Origin: Gemmatimonas sp.
Lineage (GTDB): Bacteria; Gemmatimonadota; Gemmatimonadetes; Gemmatimonadales; Gemmatimonadaceae
Reading direction: 5' to 3'
Length of the DNA stretch: 64,000 nt
Assembly (NCBI GenBank): GCA_965279375.1
Contig: OZ257156.1
Coordinates: 4,224,001-4,288,000, forward strand
Part shown: one piece after another, positions 50,990 through 59,941 of the stretch
How positions within the stretch are numbered: position 1 is the first letter of the stretch
Layout: each line of letters starts with the position of its first letter
Notes under the pieces: generated by a model
Database searches by the model: none
What the model saw: only the letters and a program-made list of their open reading frames with translations
What the model was told of the DNA's origin: nothing
Made by a program: the position numbers and the translations under genes

Positions 50990-51357
50990 TGCGCAGCGGA
51001 TCGATGCCGGACCGGGGTGACGCCGTCGAGGCGGCACGCGCCCGGCGCCAGGCCGCGGACCTCGGCCCGTTGTTCGACGTGCCGGTCCCCCCGATGGCGA
51101 CCCACGATGACTACGCCACGTCGCGCGCAGCCGCCGATGCGGTCGCGCCCATCACCGGCGCGCTGCGGCTGCAGGTCTTGGCGGTGATTCGTGCGACGCC
51201 GAAGATCACGGACCCAGAGCTCGAGCGCCTGCCACAGTTCGCGCAGTACGCCGCCTCGACGGTGCGGAAGCGTCGGAGCGAGTTGCTCAAGATGGGCGAG
51301 CTGCGCGCGGACGGAGCGCGTGACGGGGCCTCTTGCTGGGTCGCGGTGCAGCCGTGA
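50989..51357 (+). CDS. Phage putative winged-helix DNA-binding protein
   Basis: TSRAAA..LRLQVLAVI..TDPEL..STVRKRRSELLKMG..CWVA pattern; AGGAGG RBS. Confidence 0.65.
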   Translation: MRSGSMPDRGDAVEAARARRQAADLGPLFDVPVPPMATHDDYATSRAAADAVAPITGALRLQVLAVIRATPKITDPELERLPQFAQYAASTVRKRRSELLKMGELRADGARDGASCWVAVQP

Positions 51358-51433
51358 CCTTGCGTCTTTGGCACGGTGTCCCTACCATCCCTCGTCCGGT
51401 TCTGACCCCACTGGACAGTCTGCACGGAGCATC

Positions 51434-51516
51434 ACGCGCCCCGCTGCCATCGGCCCTGCACGGCACCTCACGGTGTCGTCTGGGGGGGTCACCGATGGCA
51501 CGGGGCGCGTTTTTTT
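51434..51516 (+). terminator. Long hairpin plus U7 tract inside the phage early operon
   Basis: ACGCGCCCCG-c-TGCCATCGG ... CCGATGGCA-CGGGGCGCGT-TTTTTT with inner stem acggcacc/ggtgtcgt. Confidence 0.7.
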
Positions 51517-51532
51517 ATCGGGAGGCACTGCG

Positions 51533-51763
51533 GTGACGACGCATATACAACTCGTGCGACCGGGCACCGTGCCGCGTCCATTTGCTGCATCGGCCAACAC
51601 GTCCGCGCTCCGTCCTGTTGACCAAGCGCTGTGCGCGCAATGGTTCCGGCGATTGTTGCGTGAACACGTTGAGACGCCGTCTGATCCCATTCGCCTCCCC
51701 GCGCACGTCGTCGCGCGCATTGCCGCCACCTTCGAGCAGGCTACCGGGCATACCGATGGCTAG
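51533..51763 (+). CDS. Phage hypothetical protein
   Basis: GGAGG RBS then GTG; 76 aa; overlaps next ORF. Confidence 0.6.
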   Translation: MTTHIQLVRPGTVPRPFAASANTSALRPVDQALCAQWFRRLLREHVETPSDPIRLPAHVVARIAATFEQATGHTDG

Positions 51764-51938
51764 TCCGCTCTGTCTCACGTGCCACCACTGGGCCGGTGAT
51801 CTCGAGGCGGTGATGTCCGAGCGATCGGCGCCGTGTGTGCGACTGCGCGCGCGATCGCATCGCAGCTTCGCGGACGACACGTGCGAACACCATCGCGACG
51901 CCGCGCATTCCGCGCGAGAGAATGGAGCTTGCCCATGA
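51756..51938 (+). CDS. Small Cys/His-rich putative zinc-binding phage protein
   Basis: MASPLCLTCHHW...PCVR...DDTCEHH; ATGA overlap with the helicase gene. Confidence 0.55.
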   Translation: MASPLCLTCHHWAGDLEAVMSERSAPCVRLRARSHRSFADDTCEHHRDAAHSARENGACP

Positions 51939-53101
51939 CGACGCAGACGCCAAGCCAACCGCCGCTGCGGTGCGTGTGGTGCGAGGAAGTCGTCGATCTG
52001 CCGCAGAAGGGATGGCGACCGGGCTTCGACGCGTACTGCCAAGCGCACTGGGAAATCGCCGGACGGCATCCGTGGACGCTTGGGCAGGTCGCGCTGATGA
52101 AGGCCGAAGCGATGGAGCGCGTTGCGGATGAGGATCTGATCCGGTGGCCGTTCGGCACCCTGCACGGACTGACCGGCGTGCTCGCACCAGGGCGGGTCAC
52201 CTACGTGGCCGCATTCCCGGGCAACGGAAAGACCGCCTTCGTGACCAACTGCATCGCCTCGTGGATGCGGCAGAAGAAGTCGATCAGCTATCTGGCGCTC
52301 GAATCAGACCCGGGCGAAGTGATGGCGCGTATGGCGTGCTTTCGTGCGGGCATCGATCCCGACGAGGCGCTGTCCTATCGCCTGCGCGAAGCCGCGCAGG
52401 CGGGCAATCCGTTGGCGGAGCAGCAGCTCTCCGACTTGGCAGACTGCTATCGCATTCTGCACGAGGACAACGACTTCCTGCATCAGCTGCGCATCGAGCC
52501 GATCGATGTGCTCTCCCCGCAGCGGTTCACCCGCGCCGTGAAGGCTGCGCAGGCGATGGAATCAGACATCATGATCGTCGACCACGTGGACCACAGCGAA
52601 GCCGATCAGGGCGATCACTCGCCGGAGATTCAGGTCTCGAACACGATCCAGCAAATGGCGCTGAGTGCGGCGAAGCAACTGAACATTCACGTGCTTCTCA
52701 CCACGCAGCTCAACAGTTCGCGCGCCGGAGGCGATCCCCTCGCGCACTACCGTCCGCCGGCGACGGACTGGTTGTACAACAAATCCAAAAAGGAGATGAT
52801 CGGCGCGATCATCTTGGGGCTGCACCGCGTCCTCGACCCCAACGTCGATCAGAATCTTCTGCGCCGCATCAAAGCCCGCGACGACGAGCCTTGGAGGGCG
52901 GCGGTGCCGCATCGCATGGGCGTCTCCGGCATGAAGCTCCGCTTTGGTGGCGGCCGCAAAGATCGCGGGGTCGCTCTCGAGTTCCGTAATGGCGTCTTGC
53001 GGGACGCTCCGGTCGACATCTTCGGCGACACAATTCTCCGTCGTGACACCGTGACGCCTTCGTCCATGACCAACGACAGTCTCAGTTGGATGGACAACTA
53101 G
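51935..53101 (+). CDS. DnaB-like (SF4) replicative helicase with N-terminal CxxC...CxxH motif
   Basis: Walker A AAFPGNGKT, YLALES, IMIVDHVD, LTTQLNSSR, KLRFG. Confidence 0.85.
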   Translation: MTTQTPSQPPLRCVWCEEVVDLPQKGWRPGFDAYCQAHWEIAGRHPWTLGQVALMKAEAMERVADEDLIRWPFGTLHGLTGVLAPGRVTYVAAFPGNGKTAFVTNCIASWMRQKKSISYLALESDPGEVMARMACFRAGIDPDEALSYRLREAAQAGNPLAEQQLSDLADCYRILHEDNDFLHQLRIEPIDVLSPQRFTRAVKAAQAMESDIMIVDHVDHSEADQGDHSPEIQVSNTIQQMALSAAKQLNIHVLLTTQLNSSRAGGDPLAHYRPPATDWLYNKSKKEMIGAIILGLHRVLDPNVDQNLLRRIKARDDEPWRAAVPHRMGVSGMKLRFGGGRKDRGVALEFRNGVLRDAPVDIFGDTILRRDTVTPSSMTNDSLSWMDN

Positions 53102-53182
53102 TGCGATTATCTCACCACCTCTCCCGAGGAACCCGCTGATGCGTCGCATCGCACTGATATCATCGCTGCAGGAGCGTGCCGC

Positions 53183-53461
53183 GTGGCGATGATGCCAGAA
53201 GGTGATGTCTCCGTCCGTGATATCTGTGAAGTGTTTCGTGATTTTGCCGACATGGTGAACACGGAACTTGCCGCGGTATCCACTCGACGAACACACGTCG
53301 AAATCGTTCTCTTACGCCGTGAGATCGCCACCCTTCGCTCCATCGCGTTCGGGTGCGATCCTGACGCCGAATTTCGCGCGTTGATGTCTGCCCCATCCGG
53401 CATGGGACCGAAGCCTCCTGGTTGGGATCCTCGATTCAACCGAGCGCGAGGCAAGCAATGA
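53183..53461 (+). CDS. Phage hypothetical protein
   Basis: CAGGAG upstream; ATGA overlap with the initiator gene; start uncertain. Confidence 0.5.
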   Translation: MAMMPEGDVSVRDICEVFRDFADMVNTELAAVSTRRTHVEIVLLRREIATLRSIAFGCDPDAEFRALMSAPSGMGPKPPGWDPRFNRARGKQ

Positions 53462-54717
53462 GGCCGTTCCACGGCCTGTACGTGCAAGTACAGGTGGACC
53501 TACGCGAGGATCCGGACTTCATTGCCTTCGCGGCCGAGTTGCGCGCGCACTTACCCGCCCAGTTCGCGCGACTGATTGTGGAGGCGCAGCTTGTTCGCAC
53601 GTGGAGCGCCTTTCTGCGACATGCTCCCGGCGGATGCGTGGACCACACCGCGGATGACACGATCGAGGCCTGGGCTGGCTGGGACGGCGAACGTGGGGTA
53701 TTTGCTGCAGCCTTTCGTCAGCATTGGTGCAAGCGGATCGGAGACAGCGTGTGGCTTCGTGGCTGGAATGATCGATATGGCCAGTTGGCAGACCGACGTG
53801 CTGCCGCCGCGGAGAAGAAGCGTCGCCAGCGCAGCCAGTCGTCTACCACCCCTCAGTCGAACCAACGCCCAAGCCTAGGAACGAGGCGATCGCGTGGGGA
53901 CAATGCACGCGTGTCCCCGGGGACATCGGCGAATGTCCCGGGGACAGACGCGTGCTTTTTGGGGGACGGCGCCGCAGATGCGACCGCCAACGGCGATGAA
54001 GTCGTCGAATCTCCTGCCGTGCCGAAAACGCATGTCCCCGGGGACACACCGGGACAAAAGGACATGTCCCCGGGGACAATGGCAAATGTCCCGGGGACAA
54101 TGGCAAATGTCCCGGGGACATTTTTACAAGATGTTGTAGATGAACTACAAACAGCTAACAGCAACAGCAACTGCAAACTACTTGGCGATGCGCCGCTGCC
54201 GCGGTCAATCGCCCCGCCGACAGAAGCAATCCCGCTGTTCCCCGAGGGTGCTGGCGGCGCACCATTCGCTGTCCGCCAACGATCCGAGCCCAGCGGTACG
54301 GCAACACGGCCACGGGTCCATCGCGAGGCGCCGAAGTATCCGCACTTCACCGCAGAAACCCGCGGTGCGCTGCTGGCGGTTTGGCAACGCGAGTTCTGCC
54401 CACTCCGCGACGACGAGAAGCCGCGGTTTCTGCGGGCCTTCGCGCGGTGGTTTTTGGTCGCCGAGGCCGAGCGGGAGCCGCATCAGCCGACAAACGACGA
54501 AGTGCTTGATGCCGTGAAGTGGCTGCTGCAAACGCGTCGCAGCAGCCGGTTCGCGGAGAAGTTGGGCACCTTCGAGATCTGCTCGGAGCGTGTGCAGGAC
54601 ATTGTGGCGATCATGCGTGAGGAGCCCGACACCGAGGCGCGCATGACCCGCATAGACCGCCTGTTGGGCATCAGCCAGCCGGTGTTCTCAGCACCGCAGC
54701 GACTCGCTCGACCGTAG
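53458..54717 (+). CDS. Phage replication initiator-like protein containing the origin
   Basis: N-terminal helical domain (IEAWAGWDG..FAAAF..LRGWNDR), basic helix AEKKRRQR, low-complexity linker encoded by iterons, next to helicase: lambda O-type layout. Confidence 0.7.
   Translation: MRPFHGLYVQVQVDLREDPDFIAFAAELRAHLPAQFARLIVEAQLVRTWSAFLRHAPGGCVDHTADDTIEAWAGWDGERGVFAAAFRQHWCKRIGDSVWLRGWNDRYGQLADRRAAAAEKKRRQRSQSSTTPQSNQRPSLGTRRSRGDNARVSPGTSANVPGTDACFLGDGAADATANGDEVVESPAVPKTHVPGDTPGQKDMSPGTMANVPGTMANVPGTFLQDVVDELQTANSNSNCKLLGDAPLPRSIAPPTEAIPLFPEGAGGAPFAVRQRSEPSGTATRPRVHREAPKYPHFTAETRGALLAVWQREFCPLRDDEKPRFLRAFARWFLVAEAEREPHQPTNDEVLDAVKWLLQTRRSSRFAEKLGTFEICSERVQDIVAIMREEPDTEARMTRIDRLLGISQPVFSAPQRLARP
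53912..54182. repeat. Putative phage replication origin: six TGTCCC(C)GGGGACA palindromic iterons plus AT-rich tract
   Basis: Copies start at 53912, 53934, 54033, 54065, 54087 and 54108; A/T-rich stretch 54121-54182. Confidence 0.85.
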
Positions 54718-54837
54718 TCTCCTCCTTGCGTCATTGGCACGTCTCAGCACGGCGGTACACCACCCGCGACGCGGACCGTCGTTCTCCCCCACTCTCCCGA
54801 CTTCTCATGCTCTCACCAACCTTGGCTAGCCAGCACG

Positions 54838-56460
54838 ATGCGTGACGAATTGATCATCGACTCGTTCGCCGGCGGCGGCGGCGCATCACTCGGCATTGAG
54901 CTCGCGCTCGGTCGGTCACCGGACGTGGCGATCAACCACGATGAGGAAGCGATCGCACTGCACGCTGCGAATCATCCCGGCTCGAAGCACTACCGCGAAG
55001 ACGTCTGGAAGGTCGATCCGCTCGAAGCCACCGGCGGGAAGCCGGTCGGGCTCATGTGGCTGAGCCCCGACTGCAAGCACTTCTCGAAGGCGAAGGGCGG
55101 CAAGCCCGTGTCGAAGCGCGTGCGTGGACTCGCGTGGGTCGCGGTCCGTTGGGCGGCGGCAGTGAAGCCGCGCGTCATCGTGCTCGAGAACGTCGAAGAG
55201 TTTCAGACGTGGGGGCCGGTGTCGCGTGAGACGAACAAGCCCTGCCCCGACCGCAAGGGCAAGCACTTCCGTGCGTTCACGTCGAAGCTGCGAAAGCTCG
55301 GCTACGACGTGCAGTGGCGCGAGCTGCGCGCGTGCGACTTCGGCGCACCGACGATTCGCAAACGCCTGTTCATGATCGCGCGCTGCGATGGTCAGCCGAT
55401 CGTGTGGCCGCAGCCGACGCACGGCAAGCACGCCGCGAGCCCCTGGCGCACGGCCGCCGAGTGCATTGAATGGTCGCTCCCGTGCCCTTCGATCTTCACC
55501 CGCGCGAAACCGCTCGCCGACAACACGCTCAAGCGCATCGCGGCCGGATTGCGCCGGTACGTCGTCGAGTCGCCGCGGCCGTTCATCGTGCAGGTACAGA
55601 ACGCCTCAGCGGGTGATACGCCGATCGGGTTGGAGCGCCCGCTACGCACCGTCACCGCGTACCCGAAGGGCGGCGGCTTCGCGCTGGTGTCGCCGTTCGT
55701 TGCGCCGCTCACGCATCACGGCAGCGATCGCGGACAACCGATGGGCGCTCCGCTCTGCACCGTGACCGGCGCGCATCGTGGTGAGCAGGCGCTGATCGCG
55801 TCGGTGTTGGTGCCGCGCTATGGCGAGCGTGACGGCCAAGAGCCGCGCGCGCGCACGGTGGATGCGCCGATGCCGACAGTCGTGCCGACGCAGAACGGCG
55901 CATCGCTCGTGACGGCCTTCATGGCGAAACACTACACCGAGCGGAGTCCGAGCGACGTGAACGCCGCGTCGCTGTTCGATCCGGTGCCAACGGTGACGTC
56001 TGTCGATCACAGTGCGCTCGTCACCGCGCATGTCATGAAGATGCGCGGCGAGAACATCGGCCACGGCGCGGACGAACCGCTGCACACCATCAGCGCTGGC
56101 GGCACGCACTTCGCCGAAGTCCGCGCCTTCCTGACGGCGTTCTACGGTAACGAACGCGACGGCGGCTCGCTCTTTGATCCGGTGCGCACCGTGACGAGCA
56201 AGGACCGGTTCGGACTCGTCACCGTCGAAGGGCACGACTACGCGATCGCTGACATCGGGATGCGGATGCTCGCGCCGCGTGAGCTGTACCGTGCGCAAGG
56301 ATTTCCTGACACCTACAGAATCGACATCGAGTTCAACGGCAAGCCGATGACGAAGACCGCGCAAGTGCGGATGTGCGGCAATAGTGTCTGCCCGCCAGTG
56401 GCTGCAGCGATCGTGCGCGCGAACCTCTCTGAGATGTCGCAGCAGGATTGTGCCGCATGA
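54838..56460 (+). CDS. DNA (cytosine-5) methyltransferase, phage type
   Basis: Motif I DSFAGGGGAS, IV SPDCKHFS, VI LENVEEF, VIII PTIRKRLF, IX REL.RAQGF, X GNSVCPP. Confidence 0.93.
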   Translation: MRDELIIDSFAGGGGASLGIELALGRSPDVAINHDEEAIALHAANHPGSKHYREDVWKVDPLEATGGKPVGLMWLSPDCKHFSKAKGGKPVSKRVRGLAWVAVRWAAAVKPRVIVLENVEEFQTWGPVSRETNKPCPDRKGKHFRAFTSKLRKLGYDVQWRELRACDFGAPTIRKRLFMIARCDGQPIVWPQPTHGKHAASPWRTAAECIEWSLPCPSIFTRAKPLADNTLKRIAAGLRRYVVESPRPFIVQVQNASAGDTPIGLERPLRTVTAYPKGGGFALVSPFVAPLTHHGSDRGQPMGAPLCTVTGAHRGEQALIASVLVPRYGERDGQEPRARTVDAPMPTVVPTQNGASLVTAFMAKHYTERSPSDVNAASLFDPVPTVTSVDHSALVTAHVMKMRGENIGHGADEPLHTISAGGTHFAEVRAFLTAFYGNERDGGSLFDPVRTVTSKDRFGLVTVEGHDYAIADIGMRMLAPRELYRAQGFPDTYRIDIEFNGKPMTKTAQVRMCGNSVCPPVAAAIVRANLSEMSQQDCAA

Positions 56461-59006
56461 GCGCAATCCACGACCAGTATCGCGCCTTCCTGGAGGCAAA
56501 AGTCCTCCGCGAGTCAGAGCGCGGTCGCTCAATCGAGCCGGGTGACGTGCATCCGCTCTGCAAACCGCACCAACGCGCGATCATTGAATGGGCCGTGCGG
56601 GGTGGGCGCCGGGCGATCTTCGCCAAGTTCGGACTCGGCAAGACCATCATGACGCTGGAGACGATGCGGATCACGCTGGCATCTGTCGACGGCTCGCGTG
56701 GGCTGATCATCGCGCCGCTCGGCGTGCGACAAGAGTTCTTGCGCGACGCGGCGATGATCGGCGTCTCGCTCGCATTCGTCCGCACGACGGAGGAGATGGC
56801 GGCGCCGGGACTGTACCTAACGAACTACGAGAGCGTGCGCGAAGGGAAGATCAATGTCGACGGCTTGACCGCTGTGGCGCTGGATGAGGCCGCGATCCTG
56901 CGAGGGTTCGGCGGCACCAAGACATTCCGAACCTTCATGGCGAAGCTCGCCGGCGACGATCGCGAGACCGGTATCCGCACCGACGGCATCCCGTATCGAT
57001 TCGTGGCCACGGCGACGCCAGCACCAAACGACTACATCGAGATCGCCGCGTACGCGGCATTCCTCGGCGTGATGGATGTGGGTGAAGTGAAGACGCGCTT
57101 CTTCCAGCGGAACAGCGAGAAGGCCGACGAACTGACGTTACATCCGCACAAGGAAGCGGAGTTTTGGTACTGGGTGAATACGTGGGCCGTGTTCCTGCAG
57201 TCGCCGGCGGATCTCGGCTTCCCTGCCGATGGTTACGAACTGCCGCCGCTGACCGTGAACTGGCACAGTGTCGCGGCCGATCACTCGCAGGCCGGCACAG
57301 AGCGCGATGGGCAGGGGAAGCTGCTGCGCGATGCCGCGATCGGAGTGCAGGACGCCGCAGCCGTAAAGCGTTCGACACTGGACGCGCGCGTTGCAAAGGT
57401 ACGCGAACTCATTCAGGCTCGGCCGAACGACCATGTGATAGTCTGGCATGATCTCGAAGATGAGCGTCGCTCGCTGGAGGGTGCGATTCCCGGCATCATG
57501 ACTGTGTACGGTGCGCAGGACCTCGACGAACGCGAAATGCTGATTCGCGGGTTCGCTGATGGCGAGATCGCGAGGATCGCGGCAAAACCCGTGATGCTCG
57601 GTTCAGGGGTAAACTTCCAGCGCCATTGCCACTGGGCGGTGTTTGCGGGCATCGGCTTCAAGTTCTCCGATTTCATTCAGGCGATTCACCGCGTATGGCG
57701 CTACCTCCAGCCCGGTGACGTCACGATCGACATCGTCTTTGCTGATGCCGAGATTGAAGTCCGGCGCTCCCTCGAAACGAAGTGGAAGAATCACGACGCC
57801 ATGATGGCGCGTATGAGCGAGATCATCCGCCAGTACGGGCTCAATTCCGTCGACGCGAGGGAGAAGCTGGTGCGCACGATCGGCGTCGAACGCCAGGTCG
57901 CCACTGGTGACGGGTGGACCGCGGTGCGCAACGATTGCGTCGTCGAAGTCGCCAACATGGCGACCAACAGCGTCGGCCACATCGTGACATCGATCCCATT
58001 CGGGACGCAGTACGAGTACTCGCCGAGCTACAACGATTTCGGCCACACCGATGACGACCGGCACTTCTGGCAACAGATGGATTTCCTCGCGCCGGAGCTA
58101 CTCCGAGTACTCCAGCCAGGGCGTGTGCTGGCAGTGCACGTGAAGGATCGGATCAGGCCCGGTGGATTGGATGCGTGGAGCTTTCAAACCGTCTCACCGT
58201 TCCACGCGGATGCGATCCTGCACTATCGCCGCCATGGCTTTGCCTACATGGGCATGATCACGGTCGTGACCGATGTCGTGCGCGAGAATGCGCAGACCTA
58301 TCGGCTCGGGTGGTCGGAGCAGTGTAAGGACGGGTCGAAGATGTCGGTCGGGTTGCCGGAGTACGTCCTGCTGTTTCGGAAGCCGCCCAGCGACGCGTCG
58401 AATGGGTATGCGGACGTGCGTGTCACAAAGGACAAAGCGGAGTACTCGCGCGCGCGCTGGCAGTTCGACGCGCATGGCATGTGGCGCTCGAGCGGGAACA
58501 GGTTGCTGACCCCAGACGATCTGGTGGGCGTCGAAGCGGGCGAGACGTTCCGGCGCTTCCGCGAGTACTCGTCTACCACGATCTACGACCACGATCACAC
58601 GGTAGCGATCGCGGAGGCGCGGGATCGCGCGGGCCAGTTGCCGCCCTCTTTTATGCTGCTGCAGCCGACGAGCCATCTCGATGATGTGTGGACGGATGTG
58701 ACGCGGATGCGCACGCTCAACGGCGCGCAGTATGCTGCTGGCAAGGAGATGCACCTCTGCCCCCTGCAGTTCGATATCGTCGATCGGCTGATCGGACGAT
58801 TTTCGAATCGCGGGGATCTCGTGCTGGACCCATTCGGTGGACTGATGACGGTTCCATTGCGAGCGGTGCATCTCGGACGCCGCGGCTATGGCGTTGAGCT
58901 GGCGGACCCGTACTGGCGCGACGGTGTGTGGCATTTGCGCGCGTCCGACGAGCGGCGGTCAACGCCGTCTCTCTTCGACCTGCTTGAGCAGGAAATCGCG
59001 GTATGA
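56457..59006 (+). CDS. SNF2-like helicase fused to N4-C/N6-A DNA methyltransferase
   Basis: FGLGKT, LDEAA, ATATP, GVNFQ, QAIHRVWR; then DCV..IVTSIPF, HLCPLQFD, VLDPFGGLMT. Confidence 0.85.
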   Translation: MSAIHDQYRAFLEAKVLRESERGRSIEPGDVHPLCKPHQRAIIEWAVRGGRRAIFAKFGLGKTIMTLETMRITLASVDGSRGLIIAPLGVRQEFLRDAAMIGVSLAFVRTTEEMAAPGLYLTNYESVREGKINVDGLTAVALDEAAILRGFGGTKTFRTFMAKLAGDDRETGIRTDGIPYRFVATATPAPNDYIEIAAYAAFLGVMDVGEVKTRFFQRNSEKADELTLHPHKEAEFWYWVNTWAVFLQSPADLGFPADGYELPPLTVNWHSVAADHSQAGTERDGQGKLLRDAAIGVQDAAAVKRSTLDARVAKVRELIQARPNDHVIVWHDLEDERRSLEGAIPGIMTVYGAQDLDEREMLIRGFADGEIARIAAKPVMLGSGVNFQRHCHWAVFAGIGFKFSDFIQAIHRVWRYLQPGDVTIDIVFADAEIEVRRSLETKWKNHDAMMARMSEIIRQYGLNSVDAREKLVRTIGVERQVATGDGWTAVRNDCVVEVANMATNSVGHIVTSIPFGTQYEYSPSYNDFGHTDDDRHFWQQMDFLAPELLRVLQPGRVLAVHVKDRIRPGGLDAWSFQTVSPFHADAILHYRRHGFAYMGMITVVTDVVRENAQTYRLGWSEQCKDGSKMSVGLPEYVLLFRKPPSDASNGYADVRVTKDKAEYSRARWQFDAHGMWRSSGNRLLTPDDLVGVEAGETFRRFREYSSTTIYDHDHTVAIAEARDRAGQLPPSFMLLQPTSHLDDVWTDVTRMRTLNGAQYAAGKEMHLCPLQFDIVDRLIGRFSNRGDLVLDPFGGLMTVPLRAVHLGRRGYGVELADPYWRDGVWHLRASDERRSTPSLFDLLEQEIAV

Positions 59007-59143
59007 GTGCGCCGACGCCGATGCGGGAACGCGTGCTGCGTGGTCTCCGCGTGCTCGTCGAGAAGGTGTTGGTGTTCACGTACGCCTACATGATCGGATG
59101 GTTGATCGCGTATGCGATCCACTCGATGCGCGCATGGCGGTGA
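59003..59143 (+). CDS. Small phage membrane protein (46 aa)
   Basis: MSAPTPMRERVLRGLRVLVEKVLVFTYAYMIGWLIAYAIHSMRAWR; 4-bp overlaps on both sides. Confidence 0.6.
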   Translation: MSAPTPMRERVLRGLRVLVEKVLVFTYAYMIGWLIAYAIHSMRAWR

Positions 59144-59277
59144 ACGCACCGCCGCGTCGACGCGAGACCGCGATGCTGGCTGCCACGTGGCTGCTCTGCA
59201 CTGCGATCGGTGTCTGGGTGAACTGGTGTCTCTGGACGTGGCTGATCTGCCGCGTCGCGCTGTGCGCCGCCCCATGA
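59140..59277 (+). CDS. Small phage membrane protein (45 aa)
   Basis: GTG start; AMLAATWLLCTAIGVWVNWCLWTWLIC hydrophobic segment; 4-bp overlaps. Confidence 0.55.
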   Translation: MNAPPRRRETAMLAATWLLCTAIGVWVNWCLWTWLICRVALCAAP

Positions 59278-59537
59278 GCCGCCGCACGGCTGCGGAGCTC
59301 GAGGCCTCGATCCTCGCCGTCGTTGCGCCGCCTGGCGTGCGCTCGGCGGACGTCGCGACGATGCTGCGCGCAGGTCTCGACCACATCGCCACGACCATGC
59401 GCGGTATGGCGACGCGGGGCCTCTTGGTCGCGCGTCTCGAGACGGTCGAGGAAGCCACCGCGCGCGTCGAGCGATCGCCACGACGCGCCTTGGTGCGCCG
59501 AGTGGTCCGGCGCCAACTGCTCTACACCAGGGCGTGA
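59274..59537 (+). CDS. Putative winged-helix protein
   Basis: ILAVV..GVRSADVATML..IATTMRGMATRGLL. Confidence 0.55.
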   Translation: MSRRTAAELEASILAVVAPPGVRSADVATMLRAGLDHIATTMRGMATRGLLVARLETVEEATARVERSPRRALVRRVVRRQLLYTRA

Positions 59538-59941
59538 GGTTCTCGATGGGATCGCGATTCTCCTTGGGTGCGTGGTGGACGACCAGAGTGCATCAGGTCC
59601 AGTGGTGGCTTGATGTGCGGGCACGTCGTGGTGACGTGCGCATCGGAATTGTCGTGGTTCAAATGCCGTATCGTGGAGGCTGCGTGCGGGCGCGACACCT
59701 CCTCGGACGGCAACTGCCAGGGTGGGCGCTCGCGCGATACGACTACGCGTACGATCAGCTCGTGACGTGGTGGAGTGCGCGCTGGTGGGGGTTGCTGGTC
59801 GGCATTGTCGTCGCGCCGCTGGTCCGACTGGCGCGTACAAGTGGGGTGCTCGTCGTGGCGCCGGGATGCTATTGGTGGAGTGGCCGGCTGCGCTGGCCCG
59901 ACATGTGGGCTCGATGGGACGCGGAGGACGCCGACTCATGA
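59534..59941 (+). CDS. Phage hypothetical Trp-rich protein
   Basis: GTGA and ATGA overlaps with neighbours. Confidence 0.5.
   Translation: MRFSMGSRFSLGAWWTTRVHQVQWWLDVRARRGDVRIGIVVVQMPYRGGCVRARHLLGRQLPGWALARYDYAYDQLVTWWSARWWGLLVGIVVAPLVRLARTSGVLVVAPGCYWWSGRLRWPDMWARWDAEDADS

Noticed and set aside
53912..54120. Palindromic repeats as a possible CRISPR array
   Set aside because: Repeats are only 13-14 bp with mostly 7-18 bp gaps, lie inside a CDS, and no cas genes are present; iterons fit better
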